From the IMG/VR virus record IMGVR_UViG_3300011113_000784, positions 46,968-110,967 of that record: a DNA stretch of 64,000 bases; one strand, 5' to 3'. Made by a program: the position numbers and the translations under genes. The DNA comes from a virus. The notes beneath the pieces were generated by a model. That model was not told the DNA's origin. It saw only the letters and a program-made list of their open reading frames with translations, and ran no database searches. Below are positions 19,020 through 28,973 of this stretch, piece after piece (within the stretch, counting starts at the first letter, position 1; each line of letters begins with the position of its first letter).

Positions 19020-19334
19020 ATGAGTGAATTCGGTAAGGTAGTTGACTGTAAGCCTTGTGGTAATCAGGTTTTGATTGAGCTTTTAACTACTCAAGAAATG
19101 GCAAACACCAAGCTTATTCTTAACAATACGAATAAGAAGCTTGGCGCAGAATTTCAAGCGATTGTGCTAGCAGTTGGTCCACAAGTAAATTTTGAATCTT
19201 TTGGTTTCAAGGTTGGTGATCGTGTTGTCATTTCTGGCAACGCTGTTCCTGCACCAGAATATGGACCAGATTCAGATCGTGAGAAGGTTCTTATCGATCC
19301 ATATGCTATTAAAGCTGTAGTGGTTTGTAAGTAA
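19020..19334 (+). CDS. groES: co-chaperonin GroES-like
   Basis: KP.GNQVLIE...AIVLAVGP...KVGDRV...I.AVV. Confidence 0.75.
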   Translation: MSEFGKVVDCKPCGNQVLIELLTTQEMANTKLILNNTNKKLGAEFQAIVLAVGPQVNFESFGFKVGDRVVISGNAVPAPEYGPDSDREKVLIDPYAIKAVVVCK

Positions 19335-19773
19335 CTTTTTTGATTTTGTACATAGGGCGTAGGTAATCTGGACCTATAAATGACGATTCTATATCAATTA
19401 TATTTGACGCACTCAAGCTGAAGTCTTTTCCTAAACGCTGGAAAACGACCTTCAGCTTGGTGAATTTAGGGACCAAGGGTGTTTCACCTTTTATTGTACG
19501 ATATTGTGTTGGGCTAAAAAACAATTTGGTCCCATCTTCTAATTCAACTTCAATGATTTTCGTTTTGTCAGATAATCTTTTTACTATGCCTTCTCTTGAA
19601 ACAGTTGGTATATCGAATATTCCATTATTAATTGCCATGTCAATATCTGGAAGATGATTTGGATGACCAGTATAACCTAAAGTAGAAATAGCTTGTGATC
19701 CGGTGTCGCTACTTGTAACCATAGCACCGGGAAATATCGACATGCTTTCTATAAATTTTTTAAAACCAATCAT
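19309..19773 (-). CDS. hypothetical protein with CTS-like N-terminus
   Basis: MIGFKKFIES. Confidence 0.6.
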   Translation of the reverse strand: MIGFKKFIESMSIFPGAMVTSSDTGSQAISTLGYTGHPNHLPDIDMAINNGIFDIPTVSREGIVKRLSDKTKIIEVELEDGTKLFFSPTQYRTIKGETPLVPKFTKLKVVFQRLGKDFSLSASNIIDIESSFIGPDYLRPMYKIKKVTYKPLQL

Positions 19774-19818
19774 TTTTCACCCTATATTAATATGTATGTA
19801 AAATTATAAGGATTTTAT

Positions 19819-20211
19819 ATGGGAATTGAAAACAACAAAGTGGATTTGCAAGCAAAACCAAAAAAATCAATGATGTCTGATAGAAATTATCTCATTAGAA
19901 ATCAACCGAAACCTAAATATTTAACACATGATATTGTGGCAAAATTTGTAAAAGATAATATTGTTGAAGAAGATATTAAACAAAAATTGCTTGAAAAATT
20001 GAAAAAATGCCCTGATGGCGCTTTACAAAACTTTATTGATAATATTGATAAAAAGATCGAAATTATTTTACAACAAATGGCTCCTAAAAATGATAAACAA
20101 AACTTGCAGAATAATTCGCAAGAGATTACAATTGAAGACATGATTTCTATGAGGAACAGGCTTTCAGAAGAGTCTATCAAGGAGTTTGAAAATGAACAGC
20201 CTCAAGGTTGA
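19819..20211 (+). CDS. hypothetical protein
   Basis: AAGGA RBS; 130 aa. Confidence 0.6.
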   Translation: MGIENNKVDLQAKPKKSMMSDRNYLIRNQPKPKYLTHDIVAKFVKDNIVEEDIKQKLLEKLKKCPDGALQNFIDNIDKKIEIILQQMAPKNDKQNLQNNSQEITIEDMISMRNRLSEESIKEFENEQPQG

Positions 20212-20635
20212 AATAGTTTGCGAAGATAATGAATTCATGCCAGTAAGATCAACCGCAGGGGCTCTTGGTCTTGATTTAAAAGCAAAGCTTGATTCGGATG
20301 AAATTCTTTTAAATCCATTAGAAACCACTAAAATCAAAGCTGGTTTTTCAATTGGCATTCCAGATGGTTATCATGCCAAAATTGTTTCCAGAAGCGGCAT
20401 GTCAAGCAAAGGAATTATCGTTACCAATGCACCGGGGATTATTGACTCCGACTACTCTGGTGAAATTTGCATACTTTTAACAAATATTGGCAAGCAACCT
20501 TTTAAATTAGAAAACAAGACAAGAGTAGCGCAAATGTTTGTAGAAAAAAATATTGATATTGAATTTGTGCATGTAAACAAGTTAAAAGAAACAGAGCGGG
20601 GCGCAGGAGGATTTGGTTCTACCGGAATGAAATAA
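20192..20635 (+). CDS. dut: dUTPase (trimeric)
   Basis: GLDL, SRSG, GIIDSDYSGE, RVAQ, ERGAGGFGSTG motifs. Confidence 0.95.
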   Translation: MNSLKVEIVCEDNEFMPVRSTAGALGLDLKAKLDSDEILLNPLETTKIKAGFSIGIPDGYHAKIVSRSGMSSKGIIVTNAPGIIDSDYSGEICILLTNIGKQPFKLENKTRVAQMFVEKNIDIEFVHVNKLKETERGAGGFGSTGMK

Positions 20636-20731
20636 TTTATAGTCTTATAGAAAAAAACAATGTTAATTATACTAATGTAAATTAGAAAGAAACATGTCCT
20701 CAGATGACATGGATCAACCGGGGTTAGATAA

Positions 20732-20941
20732 TTGAAAGCTTATATTGTTGTTAGTGTGGCAATGGAAATTGAAGGCAGGCTTACTGCCGTAAAACTTGAA
20801 AAAGGTTTCACAACTTCTGAAGCAGCACAAAAGTATATGGATAGTGTCCCTAAGACTTTCCCCGACCAAATTAAAACAGGCACTTCTACAATTAGTTGTT
20901 GGTGCGAACGGAATGTTCAAGAATTAGAAATCGAGGGATAA
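20732..20941 (+). CDS. hypothetical protein (start uncertain)
   Basis: TTG start; out-of-frame upstream mini-ORF at 20694-20735. Confidence 0.55.
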   Translation: MKAYIVVSVAMEIEGRLTAVKLEKGFTTSEAAQKYMDSVPKTFPDQIKTGTSTISCWCERNVQELEIEG

Positions 20942-20942
20942 T

Positions 20943-21671
20943 ATGCAAGCGAATGTTGCTGAAGTCAAGAATGAGATTAAGATTGATTTAGCTAAAGCAA
21001 ATGTTCAAGACTCTGTGTCGGTTGTAATCGTTCACAAAGACAAACCAGAATATTTGAATATTGCTTTGCAATCAATTGCAGTTAATTCTATCAACAATAA
21101 TTATGAAATTATTGTTGTTGATAATGCAAGTGGATCTGATACACAAGCATTTCTAGATGATCTTGAAAAGGACATCAAGATAGTTCGATCAGACAAGAAT
21201 CTTTATTTTAGCGCAGCAGCTAATCTTGGGTTTCGTCATGCTGACAAGAATAGCAAGTATATTCTTTTCTTGCATCATGATATTGTTGTACTTAATCCAG
21301 CTTGGATTGATTTGATTATCAATGTTGCTGAAGCAAATAAGAGCGGATTTGTTGGTGTTGAAGCTGGATCATATTTTATCGGAAATCAAAAAGCAGAATT
21401 TGTGCAAGAATGGTGTGTTTTATTATCAAGGCAATGTTTTGAAAAGATTCATGGTTTCCCAGAGCAGCTGCCTTTGGTTGGTAATGCTTTTATTGCAACT
21501 CTTAAAGCGCAGCAAGAAGGATTTAAGCCACAAGTGATGAAGAACAATATTATTCACCATTACAAGAACTTCGCAATTGATGTTAATACATTTGAAAAGC
21601 TTTCAGAGGAAGCAATGGCTCTATTGCCAAAGATTGTGAGTCAAACACAAAGCAGATCAGTTACCAATTAG
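20943..21671 (+). CDS. glycosyltransferase family 2-like
   Basis: VSVVIV, YEIIVVDNAS, AANLG, YILFLHHD. Confidence 0.85.
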   Translation: MQANVAEVKNEIKIDLAKANVQDSVSVVIVHKDKPEYLNIALQSIAVNSINNNYEIIVVDNASGSDTQAFLDDLEKDIKIVRSDKNLYFSAAANLGFRHADKNSKYILFLHHDIVVLNPAWIDLIINVAEANKSGFVGVEAGSYFIGNQKAEFVQEWCVLLSRQCFEKIHGFPEQLPLVGNAFIATLKAQQEGFKPQVMKNNIIHHYKNFAIDVNTFEKLSEEAMALLPKIVSQTQSRSVTN

Positions 21672-21679
21672 GAGATATC

Positions 21680-22135
21680 ATGAAAGTTAGTGAATTTTTT
21701 AAGTCACTTGATTCTATTTCAGATGATTGTAATATCTTGTTTAAGTCTCCAGATTGCAAGTTACTTCCGTTTCATTTTCATATAACTGAAGCAGCTACTG
21801 TCAACAAGAAGTTTGTTGATTGTGGAGGAACTGAGCGAGAAGAAAATTACGCATCAATTCAGTTGTGGACTGCAAATGATTATAACCACAGAATCACAAC
21901 AGGAAAACTTAGGAAAATTATTCTCAATCATTTATTAGAAAACAATCAAGATATGGAAATTTTTCTTGAATGCGATGAAACAAGTCTGACTACTTATACA
22001 ATTGAAAGCTCTGAAGTAATTGGAACTACGATTATTTATGCTTTGGGCAAAAAAACCACACAGTGTCTTGCACCAGATCAATGCGGGGTTAAAGAAACGC
22101 CTAAAAAATCTTGTTGTAAAGGTAAATGTTGTTAA
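21680..22135 (+). CDS. DUF6428-like protein
   Basis: HFHITE.....K.FVDCGG..R......QLW.A.DY.HR; Cys-rich tail CLAPDQCG..CC..CC. Confidence 0.7.
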   Translation: MKVSEFFKSLDSISDDCNILFKSPDCKLLPFHFHITEAATVNKKFVDCGGTEREENYASIQLWTANDYNHRITTGKLRKIILNHLLENNQDMEIFLECDETSLTTYTIESSEVIGTTIIYALGKKTTQCLAPDQCGVKETPKKSCCKGKCC

Positions 22136-22566
22136 GCAAGATTCTTAATAAAAGCGGTTAATTTTGGCTGACTGTATGTTTTTACATGATGGTTTGCATA
22201 AACAGACGCAAAAAACATACAAAATAACTCTTCTTCATTCATTTTGGGCTTGTTCTTGTATAAAGGAGCAAGCCTTTTCCATTCTTTTTTTTGGTCCTCT
22301 GTAATTAGTTTTTCCCAAATAAGATGAGCTACTTCGTGCAAAAATGTAAATTCTCTTCCATAGTTCCAAGGTGCTGCCACTTCAATATCAAATTTGTGTA
22401 TAACTCCGATATGGTCTTTATCGCCATTTAATGTGTTTTTACAAGTTAATTTTATATTGAAATTCTTTAATAATTTTTGATATTTTTCGGGCAATTTTGC
22501 AATTGTTTTTTGGAGGTTTTTTTCCTCCTCACTTTTTTGTTCTACGAACTGAATAAAACTTCTCAT
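22132..22566 (-). CDS. zincin-like (HExxH) protein with CTS-like N-terminus
   Basis: TFLHEVAH...EE.F; N-terminus MRSFIQFVE. Confidence 0.65.
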   Translation of the reverse strand: MRSFIQFVEQKSEEEKNLQKTIAKLPEKYQKLLKNFNIKLTCKNTLNGDKDHIGVIHKFDIEVAAPWNYGREFTFLHEVAHLIWEKLITEDQKKEWKRLAPLYKNKPKMNEEELFCMFFASVYANHHVKTYSQPKLTAFIKNLA

Positions 22567-22581
22567 GCCCTATATATGGTT

Positions 22582-23268
22582 ATGAAAAGAAGAAAAAAAA
22601 CCAAGGCTGAAGAAATTCAGAAACCAGTTCATGCCTCTCAGAAGGCAAAATCCGTTTTTCATATTGAGTTTTTAAATCCCGTACAGAAAAAATGTTGGGA
22701 AACCATAGAAAACAATGATATTGTTTTTCTTCTTGGCAGTGCTGGTAGCGGCAAGACATTTTTATCCACGGCATACGCTGTTTTTAGTTTGTTGAAAAAA
22801 CAAGTTCAAAAAATTATGATTACTCGTCCAACTGTTGAAGCTGGCGCAAGTATTGGTTTTTTACCCGGTGGCGCAGACGAAAAACTTCATCCTTACATGC
22901 TACCAATTTATGACACTTTGGATGATTTGATTGGCAGAGATGGTACACAGCGTAATTTTGTTAGTAAATCTTTAGAAGTTGCTCCTATAGGTTATTTAAG
23001 GGGTCGCACGGTAAAAAATGCAGTATTTTTGCTAGATGAAGCACAAAACTGTACTTACACACAAATTAAATTGTTTTTGACTAGAATTGGTCAAAACGGC
23101 AAGTTGATTATCACGGGCGACCCCAAGCAATCTGATTTGCCCGGAAGAATTGCTTTACTTGAAATTGTGGATAAACTCAAAGATGTAAAAGGAATAGGCA
23201 TTGTTGATTTGCCAGATTCTTCAATTGTAAGGCATCCTTTGATAGCTTCAATAGTTGAAAGAATATGA
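22582..23268 (+). CDS. phoH: PhoH-family ATPase
   Basis: GSAGSGKT, ITRP.VE..GFLPG, LRGRT, LDEAQN, ITGD..QSD. Confidence 0.95.
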   Translation: MKRRKKTKAEEIQKPVHASQKAKSVFHIEFLNPVQKKCWETIENNDIVFLLGSAGSGKTFLSTAYAVFSLLKKQVQKIMITRPTVEAGASIGFLPGGADEKLHPYMLPIYDTLDDLIGRDGTQRNFVSKSLEVAPIGYLRGRTVKNAVFLLDEAQNCTYTQIKLFLTRIGQNGKLIITGDPKQSDLPGRIALLEIVDKLKDVKGIGIVDLPDSSIVRHPLIASIVERI

Positions 23269-23269
23269 A

Positions 23270-25903
23270 ATGGCTCTTACTTATAAATATTCTACTTCTG
23301 GAGGTTTAAAACTATCAGGATCGGCTGATAATTTGTCAAGTATTTTACATTATTATCAATTTGAAAACAATAATTTAGATAGTTTTGGTTTTTTTGATCT
23401 AGTTGGCAATAATCAATATCAAGCCGGTGTTGTAAATGAAGCTGCTTTAACTTCTAAATTTTCTACAATACAAGGAAATGCAAATAAAAACGGCGCATTT
23501 TATAATGGCAATTCTTTCACATTTTCTATGTGGTTCAAAATAGGCACAACTACTAAAGACCAAAATATATTTTATCTTGATAGCCCAGATGAAGATTTTG
23601 TAATTAAATACGATGCAGCAAGCAAGAAGATATATTTTAATTCATTAAGCAATCCTATTTCTTCTGCAATATTATCTGGAACAACATGGTATTTTGTTTG
23701 TATAAGAAAAAATGGTTCTAATGTTTATGTTCAGTTAAACAATCAACCAGCGGTAAGTTATTCTTATAGTTATTTGCCAATTAGGTTTAATTCTGTTGTT
23801 GCAACAAATTTAGATGTTGTTGCTCCTTCAAAATATTCTGCTTTATTTTGGGACGATGTAAGATTTTATAAAAATTATTTAAGATCAGAAGAAGTAAGTT
23901 ATGTTTACAATAATGGTAGTTCCAAGCCAATATCTGGTGGGGATCAAGCAAACTTATGGAATAAACAAAATCATTATTATGCTTTTGATGATTCTGCGAA
24001 TGATAGTTCTGGATCTGCAAATTTAGTATTAACTCAATACAGTATTTCAGGCGGAACTAGTCCAATACTTGCTGGAAAATTTAATAACGCACTACAAATT
24101 GGAAACACTTATAGTTTAAACAGCTATCTTGGTTATGATTATTATGGATACACATCTTATAATGGAAATATTTTAGGCACTGCTGGAGAAAGTTATTCTT
24201 TATCTTTTTGGGTTAAAAGATTTGCCGACCCTCTTGAAGAAATAGTTAATCAAATTTCTATTCTTTCTATTTTGACATCTGCAAACAATAATATAATTCA
24301 ATTTGGCTATGGTGGAAAAAATTTATTTAAAGTTGATGACGGAACAGTATCTGGTGCCACCATTGAAGTTCCAGCTACTTTAACTAATTGGAATCATTTT
24401 GGTGTTGTCTACAACGCAGATCAAGGTAGATATGCATTTTATTTAAATGGAAATATTTTTGGAGAAATTAAAGCAACAAGAAGTTTGATAAATGCGGGAA
24501 GATTTTATCTTGGATGGGATGGAACAACATATGAATCTGGCAATCCATATTTATGCCAAGATGCTTTAATAGACGATTTAAGAATTTATAATTTTGCAAT
24601 TACAGGGTGGGACTTTGTTGCTCTTTATGCATTAGGATCGTTTAACACTTTAGAAAAAAGTTTGAATATTAATTTTGCAATGGGAACTTTGCCGCTTAAA
24701 ACATTTCAAGTTGAATCATATGATTTTTATGAAGATAGTTCCACAACTCAAATTGTCATACCTAATGCACAACATAAATTAAGAACAATAATTCAACAAA
24801 TATCAGCAACTGATATCAATGAAGTTTGTAAAAAAATAAAAGATATTAATTTTTTCATGAACATAAAATCAATTGCTGAATGGTCAAATAATTTGTTTGG
24901 TCCTTATGGTGGAGGAAAAGCAGGAAGAGATCAATACGGATCTTATGTTGATATACCAAATTTTTGTGAAAATGCAGAATGTGTTGATTTTTGTCTTGGA
25001 GTAAATGCCATAGTTTCTATAGCAGGAGTTGCCTATGCCTCCAGTGAATACAATGCTGTCGTTGGTTCCGGTGGTGCTAATTTATATGGAACGGCTTCAG
25101 CCTTATTGAACAAATATCAGTATGCTACTTCTGGTTATTTTGAATTGGCTGGTAGCGCCATTGCTTCTCAAGTAGGTGGCGCTACTGGTAATCCTTATTC
25201 TGGAGGCGGAAGTTTTGAATTGGGAGGATCGGCTGGTCAACGGTCTTCAGATCAAGGCAATATAGTTGTAGAAACAGAACTGAGCATGTCTGTTACACAA
25301 ATTACTGCTTTATTGAAAACAGATCCCGGTTCTGCTTTGACAGGCACGGCTGTTTCCTCAAGACAAAGTATATGTGATTGTAAAAATGTCCCCCAACAAA
25401 TTTCATTGCGTCATAATTTAAACAAATCAAGCGAATTGACTAGATTTTTGACAAGAAACAATTTGACCATACCGTCAATTGTTACAATGCTTTATAATAA
25501 AAAGATAGACAAGTATTCTGCAAATATAAACTTAGAAGGTTTTTCTTCATTCGTAAATGCAAAAGAATATTGGAATATAATTTTTACCATGTATTGCACA
25601 GGAGAGTACAACTCATTTGCAGGAAGATATAATTGGATTTTAAACATGAATATAAGAAGAAGCACAGTTGGGTTTGGAGATAAAGAAACAAATGTAATAA
25701 CTTATCTTTTAAGCAGTTATATTTGCCCTCAATTTGATGCAAGCAAATTTAATTTTAAGGTTAATATCAATTTGAACACATTGATCGTTCAGGTTAATAA
25801 TTCGTCTTTCATTAACTCTGTTAATATCAATGATGGAATTGGCTTATTTTTATCTGATGCGTGGAAAGCTGATCCAAATATTACGATGGCGGTTGGAGCT
25901 TAG
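23270..25903 (+). CDS. virion protein with two LamG/ConA-like domains
   Basis: two YY.F.....D..G / FS.W.K / W.H / DD.R.Y repeats. Confidence 0.7.
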   Translation: MALTYKYSTSGGLKLSGSADNLSSILHYYQFENNNLDSFGFFDLVGNNQYQAGVVNEAALTSKFSTIQGNANKNGAFYNGNSFTFSMWFKIGTTTKDQNIFYLDSPDEDFVIKYDAASKKIYFNSLSNPISSAILSGTTWYFVCIRKNGSNVYVQLNNQPAVSYSYSYLPIRFNSVVATNLDVVAPSKYSALFWDDVRFYKNYLRSEEVSYVYNNGSSKPISGGDQANLWNKQNHYYAFDDSANDSSGSANLVLTQYSISGGTSPILAGKFNNALQIGNTYSLNSYLGYDYYGYTSYNGNILGTAGESYSLSFWVKRFADPLEEIVNQISILSILTSANNNIIQFGYGGKNLFKVDDGTVSGATIEVPATLTNWNHFGVVYNADQGRYAFYLNGNIFGEIKATRSLINAGRFYLGWDGTTYESGNPYLCQDALIDDLRIYNFAITGWDFVALYALGSFNTLEKSLNINFAMGTLPLKTFQVESYDFYEDSSTTQIVIPNAQHKLRTIIQQISATDINEVCKKIKDINFFMNIKSIAEWSNNLFGPYGGGKAGRDQYGSYVDIPNFCENAECVDFCLGVNAIVSIAGVAYASSEYNAVVGSGGANLYGTASALLNKYQYATSGYFELAGSAIASQVGGATGNPYSGGGSFELGGSAGQRSSDQGNIVVETELSMSVTQITALLKTDPGSALTGTAVSSRQSICDCKNVPQQISLRHNLNKSSELTRFLTRNNLTIPSIVTMLYNKKIDKYSANINLEGFSSFVNAKEYWNIIFTMYCTGEYNSFAGRYNWILNMNIRRSTVGFGDKETNVITYLLSSYICPQFDASKFNFKVNINLNTLIVQVNNSSFINSVNINDGIGLFLSDAWKADPNITMAVGA

Positions 25904-25905
25904 TT

Positions 25906-26238
25906 GTGCTTATTGAATTGCTTCTAATTATCAACTTGGTTTTTTTACTTATTTTCTTTTTCTCTGTAGTATATTTTTTAAGATATTTGTATCTTGTGCT
26001 TCAAGATACAGCCAATGCATTTCAAATGCTTACTGAATTCATTAAGAAAAATTTTGAGAAGAATTTAGAAGATCATGAAAATATTATTAAAATAATTGGT
26101 GATAATGATGAAAAAGTTGTTTTAAATTTGACTGAAAATGATCAGAAAATTGTAGATATGATTTCTGAAAATCAAAAAAACCTTATAAACTTGGCTATGT
26201 TTTTGGGCTATAGACCAAGAAATTTAGAAGATCTTTAA
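25906..26238 (+). CDS. membrane-anchored coiled-coil protein
   Basis: N-terminal TM; ENDxKIV repeats. Confidence 0.6.
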   Translation: MLIELLLIINLVFLLIFFFSVVYFLRYLYLVLQDTANAFQMLTEFIKKNFEKNLEDHENIIKIIGDNDEKVVLNLTENDQKIVDMISENQKNLINLAMFLGYRPRNLEDL

Positions 26239-26280
26239 ATTAAACAATGCTCTATTAAATTGAACTAGTGGGGCTTTGAT

Positions 26281-27246
26281 ATGCGTGTGCAATATAAAAA
26301 ATTCAGTTCAACACGCAATTTTGGAGTTGAGCTTGAAGTGGGGAATGAATATCCAAGGAGTTTTATATCTAGTTTGATAAAAAACTCCACTAATATGAAA
26401 GTTAATATTTCAAACTACACACAATCTGTTAATAATGCTCACTGGGTTGTGAAAACAGATGCTTCTTGTGGAAGAAGAGTTAGAAGCAATGGTATAAATG
26501 AAGGTGGATACGAAATTGCTTCATATGTTGCTTCAGGCATAGACGATATAAACAAAATTTCTAAAGTTGCTTATGACCTTAAAAGAGGCGGCATAAGAAC
26601 AAATAATAATTGTGGTTATCATATTCATATTAATGTTTCAGATTTTAATGAAGAAGAGATGGGAAGACTTATTAGCTATTGGCTATTAATTGAAGATGTA
26701 TTTTTCAACATGGTCCCATTTAGAAGAACTGTTAATCGTTATTGCAAAAAAATAAAAATTAAAAATAATGTTTATGAAAAAGCATTGAAAGTTATTAAAA
26801 ATAGTTTGAAAATTTGGGAAATGTATAAACCCAGAACAATTAATATTAGAAACCCAGCTGAGAAAAGATATTCTCTCAACTTATTGAATTTTTATGCTGC
26901 TTCAAAAACAAAATTCAAGAGAAAAACAATTGAATTTCGCTTTCCTGAAGGAACTCTTTGCCACAAAACAATAAAAAATTTCATATTTATATTTTTGAAT
27001 TTTGTCGAAAATATGAAAGTTACAAAATCGCCAAAGTCTAAAATAATGAATATAGATTATTTTCTTAACATTTGTGGATTTTCTGATAATAATACATTTT
27101 GTATTTTAGATAATGATTTAATCAAAACAAAGATATGGATGTTAAAAAGATTGGTCAGATTTGGCAAGGTTCAAGATTACAAGAACCAAGCTAAAAAGTT
27201 GCTCGTTAGGATTTATAGGGGATATGGTAATGCCAAAAGCTTCTAA
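26281..27246 (+). CDS. putative amidoligase (COOH-NH2 ligase type 2)
   Basis: FGVELEV, W..KTDAS, YEIAS, CGYHIHI, RY.LN, TIEFR. Confidence 0.85.
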   Translation: MRVQYKKFSSTRNFGVELEVGNEYPRSFISSLIKNSTNMKVNISNYTQSVNNAHWVVKTDASCGRRVRSNGINEGGYEIASYVASGIDDINKISKVAYDLKRGGIRTNNNCGYHIHINVSDFNEEEMGRLISYWLLIEDVFFNMVPFRRTVNRYCKKIKIKNNVYEKALKVIKNSLKIWEMYKPRTINIRNPAEKRYSLNLLNFYAASKTKFKRKTIEFRFPEGTLCHKTIKNFIFIFLNFVENMKVTKSPKSKIMNIDYFLNICGFSDNNTFCILDNDLIKTKIWMLKRLVRFGKVQDYKNQAKKLLVRIYRGYGNAKSF

Positions 27247-27433
27247 AACAAACCGTCAAATGTTTGATGCCTTTGCAAGTAAATACGAGGATGTTCCTGC
27301 CGTATTTATTGCTAGAACTTTAGACTATTTAGAAAATTATGGAAATTGTTTTGATGCAATTCTTGATTACAAGCCAATTGCTATTCAGGAATTTAATACT
27401 GAAAGAAACAAATGGCAAAACAAAAAACTATAA
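27224..27433 (+). CDS. hypothetical protein
   Basis: AGGGG RBS before ATG 27224/27230. Confidence 0.5.
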   Translation: MVMPKASKTNRQMFDAFASKYEDVPAVFIARTLDYLENYGNCFDAILDYKPIAIQEFNTERNKWQNKKL

Positions 27434-27816
27434 AAAAAATATTGAAGGATAATAAATATTTATTGGTTCACAATCCCAGCAATCTTGGTAATTTAATAAA
27501 AAAAGGTGATATCATGGCAGAACAAGATGCAAATGTTCCTGTTACGCCTGCAACTAAAATATTATATTATTTATATGGTTTTGTAAATTTTATATTGATG
27601 TTATTCAAAAGTACAGTTGTTTTTTTGTGTGGCATTCTTGTTGGAATGGGAGTTATTATTAAAAACCCTCCTGCCGACAAAACAAACATTGCCATTATTG
27701 AAAAATTAGAATCTGAAAATTCTGCTCTCAAAGATTTAATCAAAAAAAAGAATAGCGAAGAAATAAGACTTGCTTCTCCAGAAGTAGTTCAAAATGGTTT
27801 TGTAATGCCTCGCTGA
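27412..27816 (+). CDS. membrane protein
   Basis: hydrophobic segment(s) followed by a short coiled coil; start may be 27514. Confidence 0.55.
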   Translation: MAKQKTIKKILKDNKYLLVHNPSNLGNLIKKGDIMAEQDANVPVTPATKILYYLYGFVNFILMLFKSTVVFLCGILVGMGVIIKNPPADKTNIAIIEKLESENSALKDLIKKKNSEEIRLASPEVVQNGFVMPR

Positions 27817-27856
27817 AACTTATATTTGATTATTCTATTAGTTTAGGAGATTGGCA

Positions 27857-28096
27857 ATGGATAAAAACTACATAAAAATGATTCAGGGATTTGAACAAGC
27901 TAGCGCCATGATGAAACCATTTGCCAATTTCATTGGTGTTTATTTTAAAAATTTGATTGAAAATGGTTTTACTCGTCAAGAAGCATTAGCTCTTGTTGAA
28001 AATTATCAAATCATGATTTTCAATAGAGCTTTTGAAATGAATAATAACCAAAATATTGATTTTGGCGATATAGAAGAACAAAACAGCGAAGATTGA
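27857..28096 (+). CDS. hypothetical phage protein
   Basis: AGGAG RBS; YF..L...GFTR.EAL.L motif. Confidence 0.65.
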   Translation: MDKNYIKMIQGFEQASAMMKPFANFIGVYFKNLIENGFTRQEALALVENYQIMIFNRAFEMNNNQNIDFGDIEEQNSED

Positions 28097-28365
28097 TTTT
28101 CGAGGGTTTTGACATGAGTTTTCTTAACATTGGTAGTTCCAAGCATCAAATTGGACAATCATCTTGCGATGAATGCTTGAGCGGATACCCACGCAAATGT
28201 CGTTGTGGCGGAATGATTCACGCTGAATTTGGTGGTCAAAACTCACCATCAAAATATCTTTGTGACAAGTGTGGTGACCGATTTATCAGGAACACTTATG
28301 TTCCTAAGAATCGTAAACCATTTTACAAAAATAAGACCAAGATCAGAGCTAAAAATGACAGCTAA
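28093..28365 (+). CDS. small Cys-rich Zn-binding protein
   Basis: CDEC..CRCGG.IH..CDKCG. Confidence 0.6.
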   Translation: MIFEGFDMSFLNIGSSKHQIGQSSCDECLSGYPRKCRCGGMIHAEFGGQNSPSKYLCDKCGDRFIRNTYVPKNRKPFYKNKTKIRAKNDS

Positions 28366-28936
28366 GCTTTATACTGGATACGGTGATAAAGGTTGCACTT
28401 TTACTAAGCGTAATCCTAAAACACCCAAATACGACAAACTTATTCATCTTATTGGAGAAATAGATGATTTAAATAGTCATATTGGCTATTTGGTTTATTT
28501 GCTTGAAAAGAAATTCCATCAAGCAGAATATGCAATTTTTCAAAACAGAATTCAATCCCTTCTTTTTCATATTGGTGCTTTTTTAGGATATAACAGTCCA
28601 ATAAAAAAAGAAGTGCTAGAAAGAGCTATTTCAACAATCGAATATCAAATTGACGATCAAGAAAAGAAGAACGAACCTATTAAGAATTTTATTTTGCCAT
28701 TTGGGACTCAAGCAGCTTCTTTTGCTCACATTTGTCGTTCTAAAGCAAGAACTGTTGAACGATTAGTTTGCGAACATCTGTCTCATCAGGATGAAATATC
28801 CGAAACCAATGGATTGATTCAAGTCTTATTTAATCGTTTAAGCGATTACTATTTTAGCTTAGCTAGAACAATTAATCGCCTAAACGGGAAAAAAGATCTT
28901 GTTTGGAAGGCTGATTCAAGTGAATACGATTTCTAG
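28355..28936 (+). CDS. pduO: PduO-type ATP:cob(I)alamin adenosyltransferase
   Basis: KLYT..GDKG.T, GEIDDLNS.IG, IQ..LF.IGA, FILP.G, H.CR..AR..ER, NRLSDY.F.LAR. Confidence 0.9.
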   Translation: MTAKLYTGYGDKGCTFTKRNPKTPKYDKLIHLIGEIDDLNSHIGYLVYLLEKKFHQAEYAIFQNRIQSLLFHIGAFLGYNSPIKKEVLERAISTIEYQIDDQEKKNEPIKNFILPFGTQAASFAHICRSKARTVERLVCEHLSHQDEISETNGLIQVLFNRLSDYYFSLARTINRLNGKKDLVWKADSSEYDF

Positions 28937-28973
28937 CTCCAAAAGACACGCTTGGTCCATAAATAATAAAGAG

